Positions 13,029 through 30,409 of a DNA stretch of 64,000 nt are shown here, one piece after another (within the stretch, counting starts at the first letter, position 1; every line of letters begins with the position of its first letter). The DNA comes from the human T2T-CHM13v2.0 reference genome, Homo sapiens. The notes under the pieces are model-generated. The model did not search any database, was not told the DNA's origin, and worked only from the letters and a program-made list of their open reading frames with translations. Location: assembly GCF_009914755.1 (NCBI RefSeq), contig NC_060938.1; one strand, written 5' to 3'. Position numbers and translations under genes: made by a program.

Positions 13029-14192
13029 AGAAAGATTTTTTGGTTTGCCCCCGTGTTTTGCTTGCTTTGGTTTATGTTTTGAATAGGACTTTTACTGGAA
13101 ATTGGTAGATTATTTTTCTTTTTTTTTTGAGAGAAAGAGAGGAAAAAAGGTGTGAAAATGGAAAACAACTATTTCACTTTTTAAATGAGGATAGGGATTT
13201 TTTTTCATTCAAAAATAAGTTTTATTGGAGAAATAGAAAACTTCTCCAGTGACAGTATATGATCCTTTGGAATAAGGGGAATGTTAATGCTGGGGATACA
13301 TTATTGAGGCTATTAAACATACATTTCAGCTTATGGAACCCCTCACTCCAACACAGGATTTGCCTGATCTCATTTTTCTTTGACAGGACTAATTCGTTAA
13401 GATAGATTTAAAGCCAGAATATAACTATATACGTTATTTATGTGCTTGTATACTGACTCTGAGATCAAATTAATCATCACATATTCTTAGAGTTGTGAAT
13501 TGTGTTCTACCAAGTAATTCAGATTGCATTTGTATTTCCGCCTAACCAAAATAAAGCCAGAAGTGGTAATATCTGTAACTCATTAGAAAAAGTTGTCAGC
13601 CTAACTACATTAAAATATTTGCTAAATATTTAATACAACTGGGATGGGCAGAAACCTTCAGAGCTTTTCCCTATTTGAAAGAAATTTTTAGTTTAAGAGG
13701 AAACCATCTAGGAAAAAGCAGGCAGTTTCTCAGAAGTAAAACCTAAGAGTATACTGAGAAAGAAAATACCTTTTCCAAGATAAAAAAAAAAATGAACAAC
13801 TTGACTAAGGACAGAACAAGAAGTGGTAGTGGATATAGTGGCATGGGTAGATTTCATGAAGTAGCAGAGGGGATTGCTATACTGGAAGTTGACTAAGGAC
13901 ATAGGCTGGTGATAGGAAGTAAAGAAGAAAATTTATTGAAGGAAGTTTTCTAAGCATTATTAAAAACAACTTTATCTTGAATTCTTACAGATTTTACAGA
14001 GCTCTTGCTTGTGGGAGCGTAGGTCCAATTGAATAGTTCATTGGTGCATTCATTCCTTAAGTATTTGGATATACTGGGCATTAGGTACATTGCTGGTGAT
14101 ATAGTCATAAATCAAATAGACATAGTGTCTGCCCTTAGGAAGTTTAAAGTCTAGTAGCTTAAACTTCCTGTGAGTATTGTCTTCAAATCCAG

Positions 14193-14220
14193 ACACACAC
14201 ACACACACACACACACACAC
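14193..14220. repeat. (AC)n microsatellite
   Basis: Read directly from sequence. Confidence 0.9.
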
Positions 14221-15667
14221 TTTTGAAACTTCCCTACAATTCTTTGTTTTGATAGTTATATTTCTGATACTTTTTTTGGATCTTTCTACTATTTCCCATA
14301 TCTCTGGTACACTAAGTTTTCCTATGGGCTCCTTCGTCATTCCTTTTTAGAAAACTTTTATTATGGAAAACTTTAACATGTATAAAAATAAGAGCTGGTG
14401 GACCCTTTTGTCCTCATCACCCAGCTTTATGATCAGTTTTGTTTCATCTGTACTACCAGTGCTACTTACCATCTCTAGGTTCATTTTGAAGCAAATCCCA
14501 GACATTTTATAATTTCATTTGTATTTATTTCAGTATGAATTTCTAAAAGATAGTTTTTCAAAACATAACTACATTCTATTTTACACCTAAGTAAATTAAG
14601 AATCATTGTTTAAAATCATCAAATAACCAGTTGTTGATCAAGTTTCCCCAACTGCCAAATACATTTTAATGTGCCATTTAAAAAATGATTATGAATCATC
14701 ACAGGAGCAATTTGATTGTAAGCTCTGCATATACTTTTTCTTCCTGGAATGGAAAAATGAGAGAAGTGAATGGTCAGAAGAAAAATTAGTGTGGCCTGAC
14801 TTGAAATAAAGAAATAAAGCAATAAAGAAATAAATACAAGCAAATGATGATAGAATAACTTAGAAGAATGCAAAAACTAAAAGCAAAATTAAGATGAAGA
14901 AAAATAAAAGGACCAAACCAATGGATCTAAGAAGAAAAGAAAAAAAAAATGCTACAGTCATCTCAAGTGAAAAAGCAGATGGTAAATACTAGAGCCAGTT
15001 TTATAAAATTATAGTTATGATATTGATTTTTTAAATTATTACTTAGTTGAATTTCTCCAGCTAACAGCTTCTATTTCTCTTAAGCGTTTAACATTCTTGG
15101 TCAAAATACATAATATTTTTGGAACATATTTTTAATGTAATTGTTATTTAATGCCTTCCTAAATAATGATAATGTGAACTTAAACTCTTTATTGACTTTC
15201 ATACAAAAGTAGAAATCTGTCAACAGTATTTACTCATATTATTTTATTTAATTTGAAGATAAGAACTTGGAAGAATAACATCATATTTGTGTTCTCTAAC
15301 ATAATACTTCATTTAGCTTTAAAGAATTTCCCCCAAAACAAAGTGCTACATTAGAGAGTATTAACATAGAATGGATATAAATAAATGAGTTAATGAGTAA
15401 ATGAATTATCAATGTAACACTAAGAGAACTGATATATTATGGTACCTTTGATTCTGTGCTATACTCCAGAGCCTGGAACAGTGCCTAGCATAATTATAAA
15501 TACTCCATAAATATTTTTGTATGAATAAATTAAAAACCTAACTTGAATTGACTATAGAAAGGCATTTAAAACAAAAGAAAAATAGAACCAGATGTTTAAC
15601 ACAAATATGAAGGCTTACTGATGACTTAAACTCAAGGGTAATCTCTTTATCATTTGGCAGTAGTTTC

Positions 15668-17650
<1,983 letters not shown>

Positions 17651-18051
17651 ATTCTAGTTGGCAGTAGTCTCTTTGAGTCATTAATCTTAATTAAATAGTA
17701 CAGTTTACTATTAGGATAACTTACAGTAAGCCACAAATTAATTCCTCCTTCATTTAAAACTAAAATCCTTACCAAAGTCCAAATTTCAGCTTTTAGGTTT
17801 TCTTAGCAAGAGTTTTAAAATATTTTGAGATTCCTAATGGTAATGAAGGAATTTTTTTAATTCCTGAGAGTACACTCACTAAGCTGACAGCATTTTGACA
17901 TTTTTCAGTTTACATATTTTTATATATTCAAATTCTCTTAATTATCAATAATAAAAGGCTTTCACAACATCATTCCTTATTGAGGGTATAAAAGGGAATA
18001 CATATTTAGGTCATTAACATCTGTGACCTGGAAATAAAATTGACAGATTCT

Positions 18052-18342
18052 GGCCCAGCGTGGTGGCTCACGCCTGTAATCCCAGCACTTTGGGAGGCCG
18101 AGGCAGGCGGATCACGAGGTCAGGAGATCGAGACCATCCTGGCTAACATGGTGAAACCCTGTCTCTACTAAAAATACAAAAGATTAGCCGGGCGTGGTGG
18201 CGGGCACCTGTAGTCTCAGCTACTCAGGAGGCTGAGGCAGGAGAATGGCGTGAACCTGGGAGGCGGAGCTTGCAGTGAGCAGAGATCATGCCACTGCACT
18301 GCAGCCTGGGCGACAGAGCGAGACTCCGTCTTTAAAAAAAAA

Positions 18343-18386
<44 letters not shown>
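18052..18386 (+). mobile_element. AluY-like element whose tail has become a (CA)n microsatellite (18345-18386)
   Basis: AluY-type positions (gagatcgagaccatcctggctaac, gaatggcgtgaacc); TSD remnant cagattc. Confidence 0.93.
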
Positions 18387-18387
<1 letters not shown>

Positions 18388-18926
18388 AGATTCCATTCTA
18401 GATGCTATTCCTTAACTCATTTAATCCTTGAGAGTAGCAACACCCAGTAGAGGTTTTATCCTTTTAACTTTCTTGAATATACGTTGAACTTAAATTCAAA
18501 TTTCTTTAATTTAGGTATATCAGCCCAATATGTACTTGTTTTAAAGTTATTTCGAAAGTAATTTTCTCTTTCTAGAAATACGCCTCATTTTTTTCAAGAA
18601 ATGGCGGGTTTCGCTATAGTTCGACTCTGATCTAAGTCACAATACAGTTCTAGAAACAATTTTCCAAATCTTAAAGCAGGTCTGGTTTCCACATAGAAAT
18701 AGAGTAATAATGGAAGTTCTGATTGTAACTACCAAGACTCAAGATGGAAGTTCTTCTTCCATAATAGTGGTATGAGTTCCAGCGAAGCAAGAATTAGGGA
18801 GTAGCAAGACGCCTATGAAGGGAATACGTAGGCTCTTGAGCAGAGGCAGATTCAGGTTTGGGGGAGTCACCTGAAACCTATTCAACTTCTGGTGCTGTCT
18901 TTATGAAAAGGAATACAAAATATTAA

Positions 18927-19895
<969 letters not shown>

Positions 19896-19899
19896 CAGG

Positions 19900-20870
19900 A
19901 TGAAAAAAGAACTCCTAACAAGTTACAATTGTATAAAGCTGACAAATGCCACAAATACTAAACCCCAGAAAAATAATTTTTAATTAACTGCTTGATGCTC
20001 TCTATAATACTGTTTTCCCTTACATTTCTTAGCTGCATACCCTTTGATTGTATGACAGTGATTTGTAATGTTTTCTGTAAAGAGAATTGAGAATGACTTT
20101 GTAATATTAATATTGTCTATAAAGAGAATGGAAAATCTGAAAAGATTTTTTTCTCTAGCATGGTTGATTTAAAATGTTGTTTTTAAATTATTGATATTTG
20201 TGGTACATAACATTTGAAACTTCACATACATACATACTTCATATTTGTAGTACTGCTGTAAGCTTGTGCCGTTTAGACAGGATTTCAGATAATTTTATTT
20301 TATGTGATTCTCATCAGAAAAGGAAAAAATGGTTCATATAATTGCTTGTGCTACATTTTTAATTGTCTACACTACATTTTCAAGACTATTAGTGACAGAA
20401 GAGAACTTCTATTTTGACTAGGCATCATTGAGAAATGCCTCCTTCATTTCTGTTATTACCTTGTACTTACCATGCTAGGAACCATGGGACACATTCATAT
20501 CACAGTGCAATCTCTCACCCTGTATCTATTTATGTGACAAAAATATCTCTGCACAAAAGCAACTGTGAACTACATAAATATATCTCTAAATCCAAACTAA
20601 ATAGTTCTCAGCTTAATTTCTCCATCACAGGATCCCAGAAATGCAGATGGCCACTTTATTTGCTACCCAACACTAATACCGACGCTGGAAAACTGAGATG
20701 GCACCGAATCCTGAGAGACAGATATCTTAACTTATTTAACTTAACTCATTTAACTCATGATGGTGAAATTTTACAAAAACACATCCAGGTAACATAGCAC
20801 AAGCCTCTCCCAGGGCCTTTGAAGGGAACCGTGCAAGCAAGGGTCCCTTAAGCTTACATTTCAGCAAATC
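19900..20870. mobile_element. Probable hAT (Tip100/Zaphod-like) DNA transposon remnant
   Basis: Terminal text gggaaccgtgcaagcaagggtcccttaagctt resembles recalled hAT-Tip100 ends; weak support. Confidence 0.35.
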
Positions 20871-22709
20871 TCCTAAGGAAGCTCTTCCCATTGAACTAGG
20901 AGGGCACCTCAAGTTCCTAAGGGGTTCTCAGTCCTGCTCCCAAGATAGGAGATTACTTGAGAAAACCAACATTAAGAAACCTGAAATAGAGAAAGCTATA
21001 TTGCAAAATTAGATGAAAGGTAATAGATGCTGACCCTTTAAGATTGAGTTCTGTCTCTAATACAAAGATATAACAGAGAATGTCCAGATTGCCTCTAGTT
21101 AAAATTTTGTTTTAATTTAATACTAGAACAGCAGCTTTCCATTAAAAAGTGCTAACCTCTGACTAGGACTCACTTTCCATCTCTCCTTAGAGCCTGCAGC
21201 ACTTTCTCAGATTGACCAGCCTACAATTGTGTATCAACTGCTTGTTTACTAACTGCCAAGAACCTTTGTGTAAGTCAGCCAATACCCTAGGTGTGAGTGT
21301 TGGTTATGGCAGACCATAACTGAGCAGCCTTTCCAATGACTTTTTTTTTTTTGGTCTCTGTTCAGTAACCTTCACTGCCTCCTCTTCCTCTATCCCTCCC
21401 CTCTAATTGCCTAGCTAAGGGTAGATTACCAAATGAGAATCTAACATCAAGTAAGTTGTAGATATGGCTCATTGATAAGTCATAAATGCATACAAATACA
21501 TCTCTGTGCAATTGATTAAAACATATGGATAAGCTCTGACCCTGAAAAATGAACATGATAATTCTCACACATTAAATATTGTTCTGTGGTAGGTTGTCTA
21601 AAAAAGTATTTGGATGTTTGTGTACTTGGATTATGCAAATTCATGTATCATAAATTTGACCTATCTAAACCTAAAATACCAATTGTGATAAGTAATTTAA
21701 CAGGAGTGATGTATGTGATTTGCATAGCTTGTATCACTTGAAAAACTTCTCTGTGAAAGGTTCGCACTGATTTCTTTTCTATAGAAAATTGTGACATTCT
21801 AGTCATTACAGTGATGTTATACTAGGCTCAAGGCTTAGGTCAGTTGTATTTGATAGATGATAAAATACCCAGATCACTCAAGGTCTTATTAAAGTCCTTT
21901 GGTTGTGATAGGGAGCAGGTGTTTCTTCTTGTTCCTCTAGTATGTTAAAGTACATTAAAGGAAGCTGTGAGGTTGAAGAACATTTGTAAGCTGCCATTTC
22001 TGAGCACTTTCTGTATGCTTAGTATTATGCAAAGTAACTCTTATGATGCAGGTGTTGTAATGTTCAATATGCAGGAGAGTAAATTGAGACTTAGAGAGGT
22101 TTGTACTTATCTTTGTCTTTAATGATAGTATGAGAGGTGATTTTTCTTTCTCTGGGTTATAAAAACTTGAACTTAATAGTGATAGAATGTAGAATTATGT
22201 GCTAAGTAGATTAAAACTGATAATCAGAGGTATGGGTAGAAAGCCTGACATTTTACAGTTGAAGTATTAAACACATCCTAACCTGTCCATTACACCTATG
22301 GGACATCTTCTTTCCAGCTTATAGGAAATGAGTAATAGTTGCTCTTAAATTTTGTTCCATATATAGTAGAGGTATCCTGGAAGATTCAAAATATATTTAT
22401 GATCTAAGTAAATGTTGTCAGGAAAATTTCAGTTTTAGCAGATCAGACATTAGGAAAATATTGCTACTAGTGTGAATAGAAAGTAATGTGGACATTGGAG
22501 AATTTCCTTAGGTTTACTGAGGACCTAAATGTATGTGTCTCATTAAAGGTTAAAAAAAAAAAAGAAGTCTCAGAAGTTATATTAAAGCAAAATACAAAAT
22601 GGAACAAGACCTTGGGGTTTTGCTTAGGGAGCATATATTTCTGCCCACTTTGTTGGAGGTTGCTCTTCCTTTTTGCCACCATGTTTTTACAGATTTTATT
22701 GGCCTAGAC

Positions 22710-22923
22710 CAGAGGTCAGCAAACTACCACCCTTAGGCCAAATCCAACCCAACTGTTTTTGTAAATAAAGTTTTGTTGGAGCATAACTATGTTCATTTGT
22801 TTGTATATCATCTACTTTCAGGCTACAGTTGCAAAGTTGAATAATTTTGACAGAAAATGTACAGCCTGCAAAGCCAAAGATATTTACTGTCTCCTCCTTT
22901 ACAGAACAACTTTACTGACCCTG
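22710..22923. mobile_element. MER58A-like hAT-Charlie MITE
   Basis: TIRs cagaggtcagcaaa / tttactgaccctg; perfect 8-bp TSD gcctagac. Confidence 0.85.
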
Positions 22924-24647
22924 GCCTAGACAGTGATGAAAATAATTCTTAAATGTTTTTCCTCCTATTTTCCTTTTCTTCCTCTTCCTGTTCCTTCTAT
23001 TCCTTTAGCTATATATGAACTCTTGTTGGTATTCCAGGTGTCAGCTTTCTGAGCATATGCCTTTGTCTGCCTCCTGTTGAGGTTCCCACCTCCAAACAGT
23101 TATTTTTTTCCATTTTTGAGGCTAAGGATTTTTACTCGTTAGAGCAACAGGACTAGACATCAGGAGTTATGTAAGTACTCAGGAATATACCCCTTGCTAT
23201 CTTACAGACTGACCACCATTTGTTTGCCTTTTGAAGAGCACAGTGATCTTCTTAAAATGTAGTCATGTTACCGATGATAAAGCTGTCAAATGTACAATGA
23301 TGTCTTTTTAAATATTGGGACCAAATCCCAATTTATTCTGACTAATATCGGGTTCCACAAGAGGGAATTTGAAGCATCTCTGCTAATGAAATCAGTTTTC
23401 ATTTTAATTTATCTTTGATTTTTTGCATGTTGGAGGTGAGGAGGGAATGAGGGTAACACTTTTCATTTAGTTCTTAATTTTCTTCTGTTCTACTCTACAA
23501 TAAAGTTCTGATGGTATATTGGAGCTATTATGGTCATGCTATCACAAGAGGGTCTAGGATCTAACAGCCAGAAAGATTAAGATGCAAATGCAAAAGGAAC
23601 CATACAGATTTCAATTTGGAGAAGTAGGGAGTCTCTGACGATATTTGAATGGAAAGAGACATGTCATTATTTTTACCATTGCTTCTTATTTTCTCTCAAC
23701 TATTCCATGTATTTTCCGTAGTTCTTACACCTTTTATTCCTTTCTTTTCATTGGTATAAACATTGTTCATTGTTAAACAAAATATATCACCTATAAACAT
23801 CTGACACTTTTGTATGCCCATAGACTACCATTTCTTTGATAAAGATGAAGCATATCAGAAACTGTCTAGGATTGTTAGAATTCTAGTTAACATTCTGCCA
23901 ATAAAACAGCCCTAAGCTTTGGACATTTCTCTTTCTCAGATCTACCTGAGGTTGGTGATTTTTTGTTTGTTTGGTTGGGGATGTTTTGGTGGGAAGGGAT
24001 TGTTTTATTTTATTTTTAATCTGAATCTTCTTCCCTTGGAGTGATAGCCGAACTTGCTGAGTTTGTGAGTATCAGGGATAGAAGATATCCTGAAGCCACA
24101 AGTCACATCTGAAATAGAAAAGTTGCTATTGTGTCCCATGTGAGATGGTTGATTATGTTTAAAGGGCTAAGGACAAGATAGATACTGTGTGTTTGGCTTT
24201 GCAACCAAAGGACCTAGTGCCCTGCCTTTTGTACTTAAATAATGGATGAAAATGGAAATAAAGCTGAACTCTAAGGAAAAGCTTTTAAATCTAAAAGAGA
24301 CCATTCAGTATTCAAAGCCTACACACTACAGAGGCTTTGAATAATCTCCTTAAGTTTTCACTATGAGAGTTCATTTCAAATAAATGTTATATTTTCCTTT
24401 TAAATAAAAAGATATAATGATATTGTTCTCAAGATTGAGAGATTGTTGAAAAAAGTTGGTTTACCATTTTTAAAAGAAACATATTAGCAAATGCCTCTGA
24501 AAATACACTTATTAGTTTGCCAATAAATGAGTAATGTTGCAGTTGTGAGTTAAATGTGCATTAAATGTTTGAGAAAATATTGGGCTTAAAATACAGTTTT
24601 AGGCTTCTATTTCTGGATAAGATATAGTAAACACATCATACACTATA

Positions 24648-25360
<713 letters not shown>

Positions 25361-26649
25361 CTGTAATTCCTGCTAATTACAAAAAAAAAAAAAAAAAACA
25401 AAAAAAACCACAAACTTGTAATTTCCTATTTTTTGTGTGTTTACTTATTTATTTTACTTCCTATATATCCCAGCCAAGGGTACTAGAGGCCTGCAGCTAG
25501 AAACCTTAGTGGACAGAGAGGGGGGAAAAAAAAGCCCCATTTTAATGATATCTATCCAGTTGCAGTCCCTTCCCCAGGTGCTGTAGCTATGGAGATTGTG
25601 CATGTAGCCCTGTCCCTCATTCCTGTCCTGCAATAATGAGGGTGCCCCTCCCACTCCCACTGAACACTGTTCCTACCACTCCCACTGGGCACTGCTGCCA
25701 TGGAAACTGTGGATGGAGCTGCAATAACAAGTTTGCAGCCCTCCCCAATGGATGCTACAGCCACAGAGACTGTGGGCAAAGCCCTGACCGCCGTTTCCAT
25801 CCCCTAACCCTCCCAACTAGAGTGTGGAGGGAGGATTAAAAAGAGGAGGGAGTTAGAGAAAGAGACTTAAAAAAATCTGTGTTTGAAATCCTGGGCAGAT
25901 TTCTTAGCATCCCTTTCATGAAACTGATTAGAATCAATACAGAAAAAGGTTTTAGAATTGGGCTCTGCTGTGTTATACCACCCAGGTTTCAGACTGGCCT
26001 CTGGGTAGCCCAGTGGGGCAGAACAGAACAACACTAAAAAGACCCTAACAATTAAATTGACATTTGATTCACAGCCCATAAAAGTTGGCTAAGACATGCA
26101 TTGTGAATCTAAACAACTTGATTGCCTATCAAAGTAGAAAATTTAAACAACAGAGTCTCCTAACATAATATTCATCATATCAAGAACCAAGAAAATCTTA
26201 ATTCGAATGATGAAAGTTAATCAGCTGACACTACACTAAGTTGACACAGATGTTGGAATTGTCTGACAAGGATTTTAAAGAAGCTATAATAATAAATATA
26301 CTCCAATTACAATTACAGTCTTGAAACAAATGAAAAAATAGAAAGTGTCACCAAAGTAATAGATGATATAAGGGAGAAACAAATGGAAATTTTAGAACTG
26401 ATAAATATAATAAACTAAATTAAAAATTAGCTCAGTAGTAAAATAGAGATGACAGAGGAAAGAAATGGTGCACTCAAATTTAGATCAATATAAATTATGC
26501 AGTCTGAACAACAGAGAGAATAAAGATTTTAAAAAGGTGAAGAGAGTCTTATGGGGACCTCTGAGAAAATTACAGAAACATCTTCATATTTGTATCATTG
26601 AAATCCCAGAAGAAGAAAAGTAGGAGTGAGAGATTGAAGAACATATTTG

Positions 26650-26850
26650 AAGAACAGAGAGACACAGGGAAAAAGCCAGTGAAGTCAGGTAGTGATTGGA
26701 GAGATGTGTCTACAAGCCAAGGAATGACAAGGATGGCTGGCAACCACCAGAAGCCGGGAGAGAGACATGGAACAACTTCTTCCTTAGAGCCTCCAGAAGA
26801 AGCCAACCCTGCCAACACCTTGATTTTGGACTTCTGGCTTCCAGATCTGC
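26650..26850 (+). mobile_element. MLT1-type MaLR LTR fragment
   Basis: caagccaaggaatg...ccctgccaacaccttgattttggacttctggcttccag. Confidence 0.8.
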
Positions 26851-26949
26851 CAAGAAACCAAAAGACAGGATGAGAATCAACACTTTGTAAGAGCCTTCAG
26901 TGGACCAGAAGCTGGAAAGGCCAGATACTCGCTTTCCTAGCACCCTCCC

Positions 26950-27940
26950 TGTTTTGTATGCCCTCTGCTAGGATGGCTGTGCGATTTGCTCCTGGTTGAT
27001 TCAATATAAGAGGAAGTTGGCTGGTGGGAACGTCAGAGAAATGTTTTTCTTTCTGATAAAAATGGAGAGCACATAAGAAAAAAACTTTTAGTGTACTTCT
27101 TCTTCTGGCCTTTGGATATGATGTGAGAAGCTTGAGAGGACATGATGCTTTGGAGCTGTTACAACCATCTTGTGACCATGAGGCATTCAGATAAAAAGCT
27201 AACATTCTGAGGCTGGTGAAGAAGAGACTGGCTGGAAACAGGAAAACATTCCTGGGACTGTCTTCTGATTTTCTTATTAGGTAAACAACGTGTTCTTAGT
27301 GCTTAAGCACTTTTTTTTTTTTTAAATACAACCAAAAGCAGTCTTAACTGATGCACAAGCCAGGTGCCTGACACAATGGGGGTCAATATGTATTTATTGG
27401 ATAAAGGAATAAGAGAAAGAATGAATGAAACTTCTACTAAACCTACCTATACTCCAGCTGTCCCTGTTAACAGGACCTCATGTGGAATACTTGAAGGCTG
27501 GGCTGGAATCATCTGAGAGCACATTCTCTTGGCTGATGCTGGAAAGAGCCAAACATTTGGAGCATGCGATAGCAGGGGATCATTGGCCATCTCTCTCTGT
27601 ATTGGTCTTTTCAGTATTGCAACTTCAAGGTAGTAGGATTTTTTACAAGGTAGCTGAGGGCTCCAAAGGTAGTCACTTCAAGAGGCAGAGATAGATGGAG
27701 AACAAGCCAGGAGGAATGTGTGTCCTTGATATAACCTAGCCTCAGAAGTCGCATAGCATCACTTCTGCCCTACTGTATTGGTTAGAGCAGTCATGAGCCC
27801 CACTAGGTAGAAGAGGAGAGGTAGAGATCTCCTCTCTTGGTGGAGAGGGGATGGTTGTAGAAAAGCATGTGGAACTGGAAATATTGCCAGGGCTATTTAT
27901 TTATTTATTAGTTTATTTTTGAAAATCCAGTCTGCTACAG
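26950..27940. mobile_element. Degenerate old MLT1-type LTR fragments
   Basis: caaccatcttgtgaccatgagg and acctagcctcagaagtcgcatagcatcacttctgcc motifs; probably two elements. Confidence 0.5.
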
Positions 27941-28384
27941 TGCCTTATATACACCTCTATTATCACATTGACCATCTCGATGTCATTCATGTCTTTCATG
28001 TCTATCCTTCTGACTGAAGGATGCAAGCACCTGGAAGTTTTAGTCTGTGATTTATTAACTTTAGTATCTCTGATACCTTTATAAAGATATGTTTAATAAA
28101 TGCCTTATTTTGAAGAAAAGAAAAGAAATTGAAGAAGTGACAGAAAACTTCTTAAATTTGGCAAACCTAAATATTCAAGAAGCTGGGCAAACTCCTAACA
28201 GGAAAAACTCAGATCCATTCCCAGATACTTTTTAAGTAATTTGCTGAAAACTGAAAACAATGAAAAAAATCTTGAGAGCAGCCAGAGAGAAGCAGCGCAT
28301 TAATTGTAGAGGAACAATTTGAATGACTCTGGGTTTCTTATCAGAAAACATGGAAGCCAAGAGAAGTAGGAAAACTGTATCGTT

Positions 28385-28495
28385 TGTTTTGAGCCAACAT
28401 CTTGCTATTTTGCCCATTCTGGTCTCAAACTCCTGACCTCAAACAATCCTCCTGCCTTGGCCTCCGAAAGTGCTGGGATTATAGGCTTTGAACCA
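28385..28495 (-). mobile_element. FLAM / Alu left-arm fragment
   Basis: ctggtctcaaactcctgacctcaaacaatcctcctgccttggcctccgaaagtgctgggattatagg. Confidence 0.8.
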
Positions 28496-28962
28496 GATTT
28501 AAAACCTTGTGCTGAAAGGAAAGAATTACCATCCAGAATTTTTCACCTAGGGAAAATACAACGAAGTGAGAAAAAGACATTTTCGGATGAAAGAAAACTC
28601 AGAGACTTCATTGCCAGCAGACTTGTGTAAAAAAGGAAGTTCTTCAGACAAAAAATGATGACAGAAGGGAATTCTGCTGGAACATCAGAATGAAGAAAGT
28701 ACAAATTAATAGGTATAGGGAATTGCCTAATCTTCTCCTGTTGAGTTTTTAAAATGTTGGGTAAGAAGCAAAATTTTTTACAATGGCCGATGTGGTTCTT
28801 AATGTTTATGAAGGTGATTTTTAAAACAATGTCATAAAAGTGGGGAGAGTAAAGGAACCTAAAAAGTAGGAAGGTTTCTGCATTCCATTTCAAATGGCAA
28901 AATGTTGAGTAGACTGTAATAATTGTTGTATATAGATATAATTATCCCTAGATTAACTACTA

Positions 28963-29297
<335 letters not shown>

Positions 29298-29303
29298 CTA
29301 TAG

Positions 29304-29341
29304 AAGACCATACTTTACAGGAACCATTTCTGTAGTTCCTT
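29304..29341 (+). pseudogene. Tailless 5' fragment of U3 snoRNA (retropseudogene)
   Basis: aagaccatactttacaggaaccatttctgtagttcctt aligns to the recalled U3 5' end AAGACTATACTTTCAGGGATCATTTCTATAGT. Flanked by a perfect 12-bp TSD aaaacactatag at TT|AAAA. Confidence 0.8.
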
Positions 29342-29561
29342 AAAACACTATAGATAAATCAAAATTAAATACTAAAAAAGGTTCAGAGTATGTATAGACA
29401 AGGAGAAATGGGAACAACAAAAGGAGCAAATAAAAAACAATGAAGTGGCGTACTTAAATCCCAACATGTCAATAATTGCATGAAATATAAATACAAATGA
29501 TCTAAACATACCAGTTAAGAAAGAGAGAAAAAAAAATACAGGACAAAGACTGGCAGAATGG

Positions 29562-29719
29562 TGTTTTTTTGTTTTTGTTTTTGTTTTTGATACAGAGTTT
29601 TGCAGAGACAGGGTTTCTCCATGTTGGTCAGGCTGATCTCGAACTCTGACCTCAGGTGATCCGCCCACCTCGGCCTCCCAAAGTGCTGGGATTATAGGCG
29701 TGAGCCACTGTGCCTGGCC
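29562..29719 (-). mobile_element. AluS with most of the right arm deleted
   Basis: Tail plus gatacagagtttt is joined directly to left-arm gcagagacagggtttctccatg. Confidence 0.8.
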
Positions 29720-29859
29720 TATTTTTTATTTTAATGATCCAACTATATGCTGTCCCCCCAAGAAACTAACTTCACATATAACGATATAGGTAGATTAAAA
29801 GTGAAATGATGGGCAGATACACCATGCAAACAATAATCAAAAGAAAGATAGAATGACTG

Positions 29860-30301
<442 letters not shown>

Positions 30302-30409
30302 TCAAAATATATGAAGCAGAAACTGGCAGAACTGAAAGGAGAACAGACAAATATAGTTGGAGACTTTAATATCCCTCTTTCAATAATTGATGGAAGCATT
30401 AGACCGAAA

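Noticed and set aside
13801-13901. 13-bp direct repeat ttgactaaggaca flanking 75 bp
   Set aside because: No poly(A), endonuclease motif or recognisable insert; compatible with chance or an old duplication.
14800-14950. Cluster of AATAAA hexamers
   Set aside because: Expected in an A-rich low-complexity stretch; no clear downstream GU-rich element.
18596-18612. YY1-like motif aaatggcgg between the inverted Alus
   Set aside because: A single short motif with no supporting promoter context.
25454-25839. Overlapping short ORFs including a Cys/His-rich one
   Set aside because: No recognisable domain or splice structure; probably degenerate repeat-derived sequence.
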